55,070 nucleotides of DNA, filler included, from Sphacelaria rigidula (GCA_964200075.2; 6 parts of 6 records of this genome joined end to end with filler, not necessarily neighbours in it); one strand, 5' to 3'; numbered from the whole stretch's first letter, positions 25,032-37,036 are shown. Program-made: numbers and translations. The notes: generated from the letters alone by a model not told the origin.

Positions 25032-26289
25032 TTGGTGTGACGTTAAGCGAACACGTCGACAACCTGGTGTAACAACTGTGTAGTTCGTCCCTCCGCCCCA
25101 CTAGTGTAGTATGCCGTTGCTCCCAGGTCGTTTCCGCCCGCCGTGCTGTTCGACTGAGCCTGTACTTGTTTATTCGTTTGTACGCGCGTTGGTCTATCTC
25201 ACAGGTGAAAGTACATAATGCGGGCAAATAAGAACGCCTCAAGTGTTGCTATTATTAGTTGCTGAACGATACATACCGGCCATGGAGGCAGGCGGTGGAG
25301 CTGTGGCGCGGGAAATTTCCCCCCGCGGGGGTCGGGGTACGAACGGCGAGGAGAGAAGAAATTTGCTAACTTTGGCACCTCTTCAAACAAGATCAATCGA
25401 AGCTATTGATTGACTTGAACAGTATCTAAACACGTAATTTGGTGGACAATAACTAGTAAGGGGTCATGACGGCACCAGCCCGCGTTTAGGAGAGGCAGGA
25501 GGAGCCTAGGGTAGTAGCTTCCACGCCTGCCCGCTGAAGGACAATGTCGTGATCCCGAGTGTGTGCGTGTGTCGTATGTTTGACGCTCAAAATGGCAACC
25601 GCAGGTGTGCCTGTTCCCTTGGTGTACCTTTTGTTTTGTGGACGTCTAAGGTGTAAACATTGTTGTGGGGATCAGGGAGCTATTTTTTACACCTTGCGAT
25701 CGAATTTTCACCATACGGCACGAAGCTTTTTTTTTTCGCGATCGAGTTTGCCGAATATTTTTTACACCCGTTTGATCAAATAGTTGTCGGCAGGATGGCT
25801 TCGTAAAATAAGTGCAGACGTGTGAATGTCGTGGATGGCTTGTCTTACATGCCGTATTTGTCGGGTAGGTGGGCTGTGTGGCACAGCGTCGACTTATGGT
25901 AAGAGCTTGGCGGGAGTAAGTAGAAATGCGACCAGAGGTGCGGTTGGTAACCAATAATTGGTCACGTGTTGATATTCTTGTCGTTGAAACGGGCCGTTAT
26001 TATTTATCGTGAGAATGCTGAACGTCAACTGGTTGCCACGCGCAATCTGTGTGTTGGCCATCATCATTCTCACCATCACAATGAGTTATCAATTTTTTTT
26101 CCATCAAGACGGGAAGTGGAGTTGATTATTTGACAGCATCTATACCAGATTTCAGCCGCGGCTGTCCCCAATAAGCTATGTTGTAAATTAACCGATGCCT
26201 GTACACGCGCACATTTTCGAGTCTGACAGCTAAATGACAAGCACCAAATAATTAACTGTCATATCAACACGTGCTCAATCGTTGACTCG

Positions 26290-26675
26290 GCCGCTCCTTG
26301 TAATAGACAACAATAAAAATCTGAAAAAGTGTTTTTTGGGGGCTCTGACGTCGTTTTACGCCCCAAAAGAGAGCTAGGCGGAGTTTGACACCTTGGAATG
26401 ACTTACTCTACTAATTGAAGCGGTTTCAGGACATCTTCCCGTTTTCCGATGGCCGCAGTTTCTACCGTTAAACGAGCGATTATTTGTAGATTTGACTGTT
26501 TTTTACCGTTCTCGGACAAGAGTTCTTGTTTGGCCAAAATGAAAACTGCGGCCACCAGAAAACGGGAAGATGTCCTGAAACCGCTTCAATTAGTAGAGCA
26601 GGTCATTCCAAGGTGTCAAACTCCAAAGAGGCACTTTTCCAGATTTTTATTCTTGTCTGTTATATGAGGAGCGGC
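26290..26675. mobile_element. Foldback MITE, same family as 22462-22787
   Basis: GCCGCTCCT...AGGAGCGGC ends; long near-perfect internal arms GGAGTTTGACACCTTGGAATGAC..CTAATTGAAGCGGTTTCAGGACATCTTCCCGTTTTC and their reverse complement. Confidence 0.85.
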
Positions 26676-27488
26676 TTCGCAAGCTTCGCCACAACTTTTG
26701 GTTGCGCCGCAGGCGAGAAATAAACCGTTAAACGATTAACACGCCTCTACTTTTCTCCCGAATAATCAAATGCTCGTCATTGTTTTTACAATTACTATTA
26801 TATCCGTCACACTAGCTCGATCTCTCGAACCCGTGGTCACAGAGTGCAAGGAGCATACCACTAATATACCCCTGAGCCAATCAGCCCGCAGAAGAAGTCG
26901 AGAAACAAAAATATCTACACGAAAAAAGGGCACCCACACTACGAAAGATCCGTATGAGACCGATTGAAGTACAGGAGACCTCGTTGTGCTGGAATTAGTT
27001 CCTGCGTGTGACCTCTCCGACTACTTGTTACTCGATTTGATCAACGTGATCAGTAGCTGATCAGCAACGCTAACCAGAAGGCAGTACGCACGCGTACACT
27101 TGGCGATGAGGCACCACAGTTCTGAGAACTACACTGTGTTTGACCATTCGTTTGGTTACGGTCCAATCGTATTTTTGGTGTTGTTTGAGATCGGAGTCAT
27201 CGTACAAAATGGGGGGGGATTTGATTGCACGAAAAAAAAGGCGCAAAAGTGTGTCAGACGACCTGCCACACTCGCGGTGCGCTTGTATTTGGTTCAAAAC
27301 GGTGTCAATCGGTATGAACAAGCGTTATATATCTGTAACAAGCACCGTCGAGCAACCGTTCCTCCTTTCAAGGACGATTTTACTTGGAATTTCGTGCAAG
27401 AAGTGGCCCAGAATATTCCCCCCCTAGCCTGGTCCGGCGAGAACCCGGCGTGCTCCGTCCCGGCTTTGTAGGGGCGGACCCCCGATGG

Positions 27489-27588
27489 NNNNNNNNNNNN
27501 NNNNNNNNNNNNNNNNNNNNNNNNNNNNNNNNTTAATTAATTAANNNNNNNNNNNNNNNNNNNNNNNNNNNNNNNNNNNNNNNNNNNN
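27489..27588. other. Assembly spacer between contigs 3 and 4
   Basis: N44-TTAATTAATTAA-N44. Confidence 0.98.
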
Positions 27589-28241
27589 CTATACTTTATG
27601 CAGTACACTTCTCGTCTATTGCATCTATTGACCATATATTGTCCAGGGCGTGAAAAATACCGTGGCTTTGCACCATTCCTTGGACCCACCGGCCCGTAAC
27701 GGTTTCTACGGTGTCCCGTGGTATATGCAAGCATCACCAATGCAGATGTTGAGTTCCAACATCTGAGCCGGAGCGCAGACGCGAGCGTCAGCGTCAGTCT
27801 CAATCTCTTTTGCCTTCTTGCACGTGAGCAACAACTGCATGCTTGACCTCTGTCAACGGTCGTCTAACATACACCGATAAGAATAAGGCGAAAAAGAATG
27901 GGCAACCCTCTTGAACTGTATTAGATGAAAATATGAATTATCGGTAGCCACGTCAAAGCGACTTTTGCAATGGCTTCTTCAAAGGTGTGCTCGTGCGCGG
28001 CGTCAGATCAGTTCGGTGTTTCAAAAACTAGATCGATGATTAATGTGTTCGCAACGTAACGGACAAGAAATATGATGAAGTGAAAGAAAAATCGTCTCTT
28101 TTTCTTCTCGACCTTTTTTATTGATAACTTCGTTGAGAGCCAAATAAAACGAACGTACTTCCTCACCCCACCCCCCGCCCGGTTGCCGCGCTTCATCTCC
28201 CGTGGGTGGGATAACGCAGTTTGCTGTTGTTGGGGCTGCAG

Positions 28242-28355
28242 ATCTTCCCCCGCCGGAGGCATCTCGCGGCGAGCATGCACCCTCTCCAGAAGCCTACGCA
28301 CATCACACCGGTTATTACGCTCCTATGCCAGATGGTACGCACGTCGACGGCTGCG
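28242..28355 (+). CDS. Candidate internal exon of the Q/H-rich protein (LPPPEASRGEHAPSPEAYAHHTGYYAPMPD...)
   Basis: ctgcag| acceptor; phase-1 donors at 28334 (gtacgc) or 28355 (gtacgt) fit exon 29419. Confidence 0.5.
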
Positions 28356-28694
28356 GTACGTTCCTTTGCCCTAGGTGTCAAAAGTACCATTCCTGTGCCA
28401 CCACCCGCGCAAGCGTTTCTTTATTCGCATCTCATCATGGGCTCGTTCTGCAAGGACCGTGATTCAACACCTTTTCTTCATCTTCCTGTTGGTGGTTGTT
28501 CCCCCGTCTTCACTTCAATTTGGTCTAGCGACTTTTATTTTCACCCGCAGCGTGTTGCATGTGTTCTCCCGCAGTGTTGCCGGTGGTAATGCCTCTGTTG
28601 TGTAAAGTAACCTCGGAGGGGTGCGGATTAAGGTGTAGAGTGTACAGCACAGCTAAGCTTGTGTACACTTAGTTTTTTAGATATATATATTTTC

Positions 28695-29015
28695 GTTGTT
28701 GTTGTTGTTGTTGTTGTTGTTGATGATGGGGGGGGGGGGATGATGTCGGCGTTGGAGCAATGCCACGGTAGGGGTTGTCCTTTTTTATTCTGGGACTCTC
28801 CTTCTTGTTGCACAAATATATGGGGCTTACTGTGCAACCCTGACCCTTTTGTTGCTGTTGCTGTCGCTGTTGTTATTGTGGATGATGATGATGATGGGGG
28901 GGGGGGGGTGGTGTCGTTGGAGCAATGCCACGGTAGGGGTTGTCCTCTGGGATTCTGGGACTCTCGTTCGTGTAGGATCACAAATATATGGCGCTTACTG
29001 TGCAATCCTGACCCT
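28695..29015. repeat. Approx. 165-bp tandem duplication containing (GTT)n, (GAT)n, a G-run and a GAGCAATGCCACGGTAGGG TIR-like end
   Basis: GTCG(GCG)TTGGAGCAATGCCACGGTAGGGGTTGTCCT..TTCTGGGACTCTC..CACAAATATATGG..CTTACTGTGCAA..CTGACCCTTT occurs twice. Confidence 0.85.
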
Positions 29016-29418
29016 TTCGGGACCGGACTCCCAGAAATATGGTGTTTGCATGCAGGGACCTTCTCGGGAACCGACATTATTTCCAGCATCTTTCAAGTTA
29101 AATGATGCCGATTCACAAAATCGCTCCTCCAACCCCTCGAGCAGCCCTGAGCACCCTTCACACCCTGAACAATAGATTCTGTTGTAAAAAAAAATGTATT
29201 GCGCATAGCATGAAACTTCTTATCTGCTGCAATAGGCGCAATAGTCGACACTGTACACAATACACTTTTTGACAGTGTATTCTGTTGTCCAGGGTGTGGA
29301 ACCCTTTCAGCTAAAAAAGTGCACCCCCAACGCAGCATCACTCGTCCGTGAAGGTGATGTTGTTGTTCCTCTTTGTTTCTTCTCACAGTGATGATTTTTT
29401 TTCGCCGTTCGCTCGCAG

Positions 29419-30578
29419 GTGCCCTCCACGGCGATCATCACAGTAGCTGTTGCACCTGCCAAAGCCCCGCACCAATCGGCGGCCCCGCTTCGCACGAGTG
29501 CACTGACCACCAGAACGGACATATCGATTCTATCGGATCGCAGCAGTATCATGTTCTACAGCAAGAACAGGAACAACATCATTCTCGTCAAGACCACCAA
29601 CAGCAACACCATCACCAACACCAACAACAACAACAACAACAGCACCAACAACAACATCAACGACACCCGCTGCAAATGGACGCCGTGAATCCGCATCTTC
29701 AACCAGAGCATGAGGTTACCAACATCAATCACGCGGCGCCCCAGGCACCGCCGCAGGCACCTGGAGATGAAGCATTGCCCATACCGAACGGGCATCACTG
29801 TGGGGAAGGACATGGCGGCGTTTCTACGGGAGAAGGCATTGCTCAACCAGGAGTGGGGGTCGACGACGACCTAGTCGCGCGTTGTGCCATGTGCGGTGGC
29901 GATAGGGGTGCCGGTTGCTGTGGGGAAGGAGGAGGAAGAGGAGGAGGAGGACAAGACGGAGGATTGAATGCTACCGTTACCGGTGATCAATATTACCACC
30001 AAAACCATCGTCATCATGAACGGGGGGGTGGGGTTGAGGTGAGTAGCCGAGGGCGCGCGAACGGCATCGATAGCAACAATTTGATGGCACAGCGAGCGAT
30101 CGGCGGAGGTGGGATGGGTGACAGTGCGCTGGCGCAGGAAGAGAGTGTTGATAATGGAAAACGGCATTTGGATGATGGCCACATTGATGGTCGGGTCGGT
30201 GGTGATGTCGGACGAGAGCACAAAAGGCCACGGTATAGAGGGAAGTCGTCGGATGATGTAATTCGTGAATCTGCGGGGCAATTGCATGAATCTTCGGGGA
30301 CATTGGAGAACCCCGCGGAACCATTTCGTGGTTCTCCGGGGGAATGTCATGGGTTTGCGGGTCAATTTCAGGAAGTCGGCTGCTGCCAATCAGCGGAGAG
30401 TCCCGGTGATATGGTGACCCAGAGCAGTAGCGCTGTTCTAGGTGGACCGGAGGGAGCAAGTTGCACGAACAACAACCAAACTTTCGGTGATGGGCATTTT
30501 GATGAGCCTGCTTCTGCCGGAGGACAAGAAGAGCAACCAGGGCAACAGCTGTACCCTTGCCATCCGGCTCCGCATTGA
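29419..30578 (+). CDS. Terminal exon of a low-complexity Q/H/G-rich protein of unknown function
   Basis: gctcgcag| acceptor in phase 1; about 386 open codons to TGA; polyQ/H tract; KRPR basic patch. Confidence 0.75.
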
Positions 30579-31788
30579 TTACATAGTCCGGCGAGATAGT
30601 CTTGGTGTTCCCGCGCCTCCCACCCCCCCGAGCGCACGCCCCTATCCTATCACGAAAAGAACTCCAGTGCGCAAGAGAAGTGTAGTGAGTTGGCTCCAGA
30701 ATATCGTGTGTGCTTGCGCGACTAGAGCTGGCCGTTGGATGTGTGTGTTGTTGAACGGTACGCGTGGTACTGTATGACTTGGTAGTGTTGTGTGTGCTGG
30801 AGGTCTGAGTTTGGCCCCAACCCATGGCTGGCAGTCGAAATTAGATTCATTTCCAAGGGAGTTTTCAAGGGTATGTTTTGGGTAGGGTATTTCCTACATT
30901 TTGATACTTTGAAAAATCGTACTCTGTGCACCCAAAAATTGGGTGGAGTATTGAGATTATGCTCTACAATACCCAGATATTGGGTAGAGTAATGCAATCG
31001 TACGTTGCTTCACCCAATATTGGGTAGAGTTTGAAATCGGACCATCGCGACACAAACGTTGAGAGAGTAAATACAGTATCCGGGTCTTTGCTCTCCTCAA
31101 CACATCCTGGAAATGTTTGCCATCAAAAGGTTTGGGGTCCAGCCGTATTTGCCCCCCCCCCAGATGATGTCTGTGTGTATGTGGTGTTCATTCGTCAATT
31201 GTTCGTTAGCAGTCTGGGCCCTAGATATACTGAGCCTGAATATACCGTGATGTATGTGGGGTCGTATAGAGCGTGTGTGTCGTGGTGATGTACGGTGGTG
31301 CGGAACATGAGGTGTAGAGAGTCTCCCCTTGGGGTGGTCGAAGTTGTTATTATTTTTTTGCCAATTCGTTCTTGTATTAACTCGTTGTCAGCGAGCAGTC
31401 CATCTGAATCCATTTTTGCCAATGCGCTCATTCTTCTATTTTTTTGTACATGTTTTTTCTTTTTTCTTGTTCCGAGATAGCTCCTGCTAGAGCAAATATC
31501 GCAAACTCTTCCGTCAAAGTTTCCACAAGTCGGCCAGCTCATGGGTTGAGTCAGTTATGCTGTATAACTCACTCGGCTAGAATATACACCGCTGAGTGAT
31601 CGTCTACAACTTACCTGGCCAGAATGTGCACCGCCGAGCTATCTTCTGTAACGCACCAGATCGGGGTCATGTTGCATATACCTAACGGCCGGGTTGTCGG
31701 GAAATGAGTTATGCCGTATAACTCACCTGAACGGAAACATGCACAACACAGCGGTGAACACTACAGTCATTTGTGTAAGTGTTTCGTC

Positions 31789-32008
31789 TGTGTGTTGTCA
31801 TCCCACCTGTTCTGGACGCCACTCTTCCCCCTTATTCGGTAAATGTGGGCGCATCAGCCGGGGTTACACAGGAGGAAGGCCAACACCGCAGGAGTTTTTT
31901 TTTGTTCTAGTACTCCACCTTCCTTCAGCGGTGCTTGACATATTTTTTATCGTGAGGGGAATCCAGTGGTCCCTTTCCGTCGTCGACCGTGAAGTCCAAT
32001 ATTGTACC
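31789..32008 (-). mobile_element. 5'-truncated copy of the SINE at 15005-15466
   Basis: Reverse complement of the SINE body and tail (CATCAGCCGGGGTTACACAGGAGGAAGG..CCACCTTCCTTC.GCGGTGCTTG..CCCTTTCC.TCGTCGACCGT). Confidence 0.8.
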
Positions 32009-32179
32009 AGCTGAGCTGGGGCGGCCTAGACACGAGTCTGTGGTTTGCAGACCCGGTCTCACTTCAATTTTGCGAGCTGAACTTTCAGATATTATGGTAC
32101 GGAGGAAGAATAGGGCATACTGACAAGCTGTCGAACGGGACAAGAAGCGTGTTTTTTTCGCGAGTTAATGGCAATAATC

Positions 32180-32317
32180 CATACCCTGGACAATAAAATA
32201 CACGGTCGAAAAATGTACTGCGTGCAGTATGGAATATATTGTCTATTGCAATATACAATAGATTCCATACTGTACGCAGTACATTTTTCGACTGTGTATT
32301 CTTTTGTCCAGGGTATG
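32180..32317. mobile_element. Near-palindromic MITE (CAYACCCTGGACAA ends)
   Basis: ATACCCTGGACAA..GTCGAAAAATGTACTGCGT / ACGCAGTACATTTTTCGAC..TTGTCCAGGGTAT; related copies at about 29159-29298, 22918, 27640 and 34127. Confidence 0.8.
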
Positions 32318-33499
32318 CAATAATCAGTACCTAGATAGATACGAGTAACTCACCCGACCAAAATATGCACCGCTGAGAGAGATATCTTGCACGACTCACC
32401 CGACCAGAATATGCACCGCTGGGTTATGCTTGTATAATTCACGTGCCCAACATATATATGCACCGCCGAGTTATCTTCTATAACTCACCTGGCCAGAATA
32501 TTCTAATATGCACTGCTGAGTTATGTCGCTACAACACGCACAGCAGGTGAGATATATGGGGAAAATAGTTGAGCTCGAGTTAATCTGAGTTGAGTCATCC
32601 GACGTGTGGAAGTTTGCAACGTGAGTACATTTTCAAATTAATTACACGAGTTATGCATTCATTCCGGACGATTTTCTATACATCAACATGGAAACGCAAC
32701 ACAGCGTGCCAAGAGAGGAGTGGTGTGCGTTGAAATTTGTTCAGTTAGACTACAACAGTAGTGTTTCCTACAGTTCGACCGCGGGTCTGAACGAGCGAGT
32801 AAAAATATAAAATCTACAGGAATGCTGTCGGCCACCCGACTACCAGGTACTCGAGAGGTACTGCGTGTAGTGCGCATCCATTCTGCAGTGCTACTGGGGC
32901 GATGTTTTCATTGAAGAGCTGCGCGTTGTGGCCAGTGGCCACGCTGGGTTTTCTTCTTCTGGCAGCATCGGGTGAGCTTCTGATCGAAACAAGGGCGGTG
33001 GCACCCATGTACAACCTGACGAGGAGATGCGTATGACCTCCACCCTGACAATCTCGATAACTGTCTACCACACCAAAGCTAGAATCGCCGTGTCTACGTG
33101 GAGGGCTGTACAGCACTCTAGCACAATGCTATAACATACTGCAAGGTAGGTATGCATATATGTAGGGTAGACGTTAACAGCTGCACCCTTAGGGTGAAGA
33201 CAGCAGCACACTTGGGTGTAGCAGTCATTGAAGACTCCTACGTATATGCTGTATAACACCCACTACTCAGCACGGCGACTACTTCAACCCTCCTTGGTCT
33301 TATCGAAAACAGCAGTAGCCCTGTGGACATAAGTTTTGTGGTTGTAGTGTTCTCTCGATACAACGCAGCGAAGTCGGCACAGTGTACAGCACGGCTCATC
33401 GTTTGTGGCCGCCGACACTGATTGTTCCGAGTTTTGGTCCTCTTGACAGTCCCGCGAGGTTTTCACACCATGAACAACATGTTCAAAGTAGGATGATCG

Positions 33500-35025
33500 A
33501 TCATTTCTTCATAGTTGGCGGTTTTCTTCGATCTTTCACTTGCCACTACTCATCACATCGGGGATCTGAAGATACTAGTATCCGCTCCATATTCCAAGGA
33601 AAAAAATAAAAATCCATCTGTTTTCAATTTCGAGTGACTTACGGACCGACCGGTAATCGGGGGTCCCGCCACTTTTCAGCCCAGATTAGGACTCTGCGGT
33701 ATGTTCGGTCGATCGAGCTTGTCCCGCTCGTATTTGTGAAGAAGCTGCCAATACTTCGTTTTCTCGAAATTCTACGTATTCATTGCGCTAGAGCCGAAAA
33801 CTGTGTTTCGCGGTCAATAACACCCTCCTGATAAACGGGGTATCTACCGTATCGCCCGATAACACCAACGAACAATAACTTGGGCACTGTGTTTTGAGGA
33901 CGATCTGATCATTGTACCAAACTCTACCGACGCTAGCACTTTCGAGTTCTATCGAAGAGCAGTATGCGAGAAAAAAACCACAACAACCCGTGCCACTTTG
34001 AACGTGAGGTACTCTCTGTATCGTCGACTGTGACAACCATATCTGTTGTCCACAGTCGACCATAGTTGCAGTAGACCTATACTGCACGCAGTAAAATTTT
34101 GTCCATTTCAATTATCGACCACATCTTGTCCAGGGTGTGGAGATTTTACGAATCGGCGTTTGTAGTTATGGATGGTCGCTAACTGTACAAGATGAGGGGC
34201 TTCCCACGAGCTGCTCAAAACTGAAACAACTACTAGATCCATTTTATCATTCCATTCAATCGTGGAACAGGTGGACCAACCACTATGATTGAATGTCATT
34301 GTCTTGTTTTTGCCCTACCCATCAGCCTAGCTGCAGAACCCGGATCCGAAGGGTGGGTAATGTGATTCGATGCATCAGCATGCATGCGGTGGGCGCAGCA
34401 CTCCGTACTCACTCGTCAGCGCCGAAATCGACATCGATATCCTTTTTTTCCCGGGGTTTTATTTTCTTTCCACAGATGATATACGGTGCCGGCCAGCTCA
34501 TGAGAAATAGCTACAGTAGTGGGCAGTCTAACTATCCAGGGGTGTTTTGGGGTTTTCCTCGCGCACTACTCTTCGATAGAACTCGAAATTTCTAGCGTCG
34601 GTAGATGTTGGTACAATGAACAGATCATCCTCGAAACACAGTGCCCAAGTCAGTGTTCGTTGGTGTTATCGGGCGATACGAGTAGATACCCCGTTTATCA
34701 GGAGGGTGTTATTGACCGTGAAACACAGTTATTCGATTCTAGTGCAATGACTAAGTAAAACTTCGAAAAATCAATCCTGTACAGTTCTTGACAAATACGA
34801 TCGGGACAGGCTCGATGGACCGGAAATACCGAAGAGTCAGAATCTGGGCTGAAACGTGGCAGGACCCCCGATGACCGATCAGCCCGTAAGTCACTGATTA
34901 CTGAGTACATATGTTTTTTTTTTCTTGGAATGTGGAGCAGATACAAGTATCTTTAGGTCCTCAATGTGATGAGCGGTGGCAAGCGAAAGAACCTAACAAA
35001 ATCGCCGATTTCGAAGAAATTACCA
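33500..35025. repeat. Pair of approx. 490-bp inverted repeats (about 33500-33992 and 34537-35025) around a 550-bp spacer
   Basis: For example CGGTCAATAACACCCTCCTGATAAACGGGGTATCTAC versus GTAGATACCCCGTTTATCAGGAGGGTGTTATTGACCG. Confidence 0.9.
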
Positions 35026-35079
35026 ATATTAACAGTGCAGGCGCCCAGTACTGTATACGATTGGTCGTGTTTGTCTCAC

Positions 35080-35197
35080 CTGAGCGTAGCCGTCGTCCAT
35101 ACTGATCCTGGCCATACGGCATGACTTAACCTCCGAACCTACCAGCTCAATCCCTGCCTCGAACTTCTCCACGATTTCGTAATTTCGAAACGCCTTT
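35080..35197 (-). CDS. smpB: SsrA(tmRNA)-binding protein SmpB, internal exon
   Basis: (R)KAFRNYEIVEKFEAGIELVGSEVKSCRMARISMDDGYAQ matches the SmpB signature NRKA...Y.I...EAGI.L.G.EVKS.R; catcag| acceptor and |gtgaga donor. Confidence 0.9.
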
Positions 35198-35799
35198 CTG
35201 ATGAGGAAAACCCCGCCCGACAAAAGAGGCGTACCGTGCGCGTGCGGAAAGTAACGGTCAAAATCAACTCAGATCAAAAACTTCAAGGGTCGGACAAATA
35301 ATGATTCGTCTGGAAATTACTTGGTTTTAGTACAATTGATTCGACTCCTACGAATCAATCCCTAGGCTTCGTTCTCAGCGTTGCAACCCAAGGTACACGC
35401 AGCCCAGACACGTGGAATGGCGCAAAAGCTACGTGGATATCCCTTGGACCAGCGGTCAACTTTTTTCTCCCTCTTGGGCAATCAGGTCGAAGACGCGAAG
35501 AAATTGTGGATTTGGTGACTCGTAGTCGTGATGATTCGTCCTAACCGTAAAAAACTTGCAGGCAATAGTGAAGGAGGCCAGCTTGTCTGGGTATACGGCT
35601 TGCGATGCGAGTCAGCGAACACGAGCCGCAATCCCCAAGGCTGGCCCAGGGACAAACGAATGGGCTCTCGATACCGTACGATACAAAACTCTGGATACAC
35701 TTACTACTTGTGAGGGTAAGCCAAGCAGGCTCACAACACAAGCCTAGGGACGAAACTCTCAGGAGTAGGGCGTAGCGTGCACGGGTTTGACAGCAGTAG

Positions 35800-36125
35800 A
35801 GTTCACCACTTGGGATGATGAGAAATTTCTCAGGATAGTTCGACTTGATTCCAGTGTGAACATCGAAAATCCGGATCTTTAATGGGGCTATGCTCCAAGC
35901 GAGCTCCTAGCTTGCGCGGAACGCGTTTTGGTCGAAATCGGCGCCTGGAGCGCCGATTTGAGGTTTGGCAACGCACCCTTTGCCTATGCAACACTCTCTA
36001 CCCCCCTCGCCCGAGGGTTCCCGGTGTGCCTTCGATGGGGTTGGGGTTAGGGTAAGTGTTGGTGGTAGAGTTTGTTCGAAGTTATAAGTTTCTGAGAAAT
36101 TTCTCACCATCCCAAGTGGTGAACT
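35800..36125. mobile_element. MITE with approx. 34-bp TIRs
   Basis: AGTTCACCACTTGGGATGATGAGAAATTTCTCAG / CTGAGAAATTTCTCACCATCCCAAGTGGTGAACT. Confidence 0.75.
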
Positions 36126-36682
36126 GACCTCCTTGGCAGAGGGAGTTTTAGTGGGTTCAACCCCCCACACAGCCGTGACCAAAGCTTTCCGAACGCCCGA
36201 AGCACCGACCCCAAATGACTGCCGCGAGGCAGTTCACCCGAGCCTCCGGGTAATCAGTCGGCACAAGAAGCCGTTCGCGGGGTAAGTACACGTATTGGGT
36301 GAGGTTTTCCTCCTTCCTTCAAGCAAGGCCAAAAAAAAGCTCACAACCCCAAAGGCTGCCCCAGGGGCGGACGGATAAGCTCTCGACATTAGTACCGTGC
36401 TAAGCTCCGGGTGAACTGACTACTTGTGGGAGTTAACCAAGCGCACTCGTGACGCAAGTGCAACAGCATGGGATTATACATATTGAGGATGGATTCTTTT
36501 TTGGGGATGAATGTTGGGAACCTTCAACACGTCGGAGGAGCACGAGTATGACTCGTGGGCAATCGCCAAAAACCGGTATACCGACGGTATTTTCGCCAAC
36601 ATCCGGTATAGCTCACACACACCCTCAGAAAAGCTACTAATGCAGCCGCCTGATTGGCCACATCCCGCCGCGTGCGCATTCT

Positions 36683-36782
36683 NNNNNNNNNNNNNNNNNN
36701 NNNNNNNNNNNNNNNNNNNNNNNNNNTTAATTAATTAANNNNNNNNNNNNNNNNNNNNNNNNNNNNNNNNNNNNNNNNNNNN
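36683..36782. other. Assembly spacer between contigs 4 and 5
   Basis: N44-TTAATTAATTAA-N44. Confidence 0.98.
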
Positions 36783-36842
36783 TTATCTTTCGGCAGCTTG
36801 TTTTTTGTGGACCCCCCCCCCCCCCCCCGCCTTCACATGAAC

Positions 36843-36945
36843 CTCTTGGAGATTTTGTAGGAGTAACTTTTTACGCTGGCTAGCGGTTGGAATCTTGCCT
36901 TTTAATTCACATATCCTCTGTATTAAGTCATCCAGCCAACAATCG
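36843..36945 (-). CDS. Candidate further exon of the contig-5 gene (DCWLDDLIQRICELKGK...)
   Basis: cctgcag| acceptor in phase 2, compatible with a donor at 38114; its own donor is weak. Confidence 0.35.
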
Positions 36946-37036
36946 CTGCAGGAGATTTTCCGTGAGTTTGGAACTCTGCTCCAGAGGGTATCCACCATTT
37001 CTTTGGCTCCCACCATTTTGGTGCGACTCGGGATTT

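Larger units (their letters stand above)
31521..32611 (-). mobile_element. TIR element carrying degenerate 42-bp tandem units, with nested SINE and MITE
   Basis: Ends TTCCACAAGTCGG / CCGACGTGTGGAA; internal units TATAACTCACCTGGCCAGAATATGCACCGCTGAG; homologous to 42412-44307. Confidence 0.65.

Noticed and set aside
28628..29105. ORFs on both strands with internally duplicated peptides
   Set aside because: Produced by a 165-bp tandem duplication of microsatellite plus MITE end inside an intron
29977..30825. 282-aa minus-strand ORF
   Set aside because: Antisense shadow of the + strand exon 29419-30578
16597..35197. Apparent cluster of plastid/bacterial-type genes (GUN4, HU, SmpB) suggesting an operon-like or HGT island
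   Set aside because: Each lies on a different contig joined artificially by size, and all have spliceosomal introns
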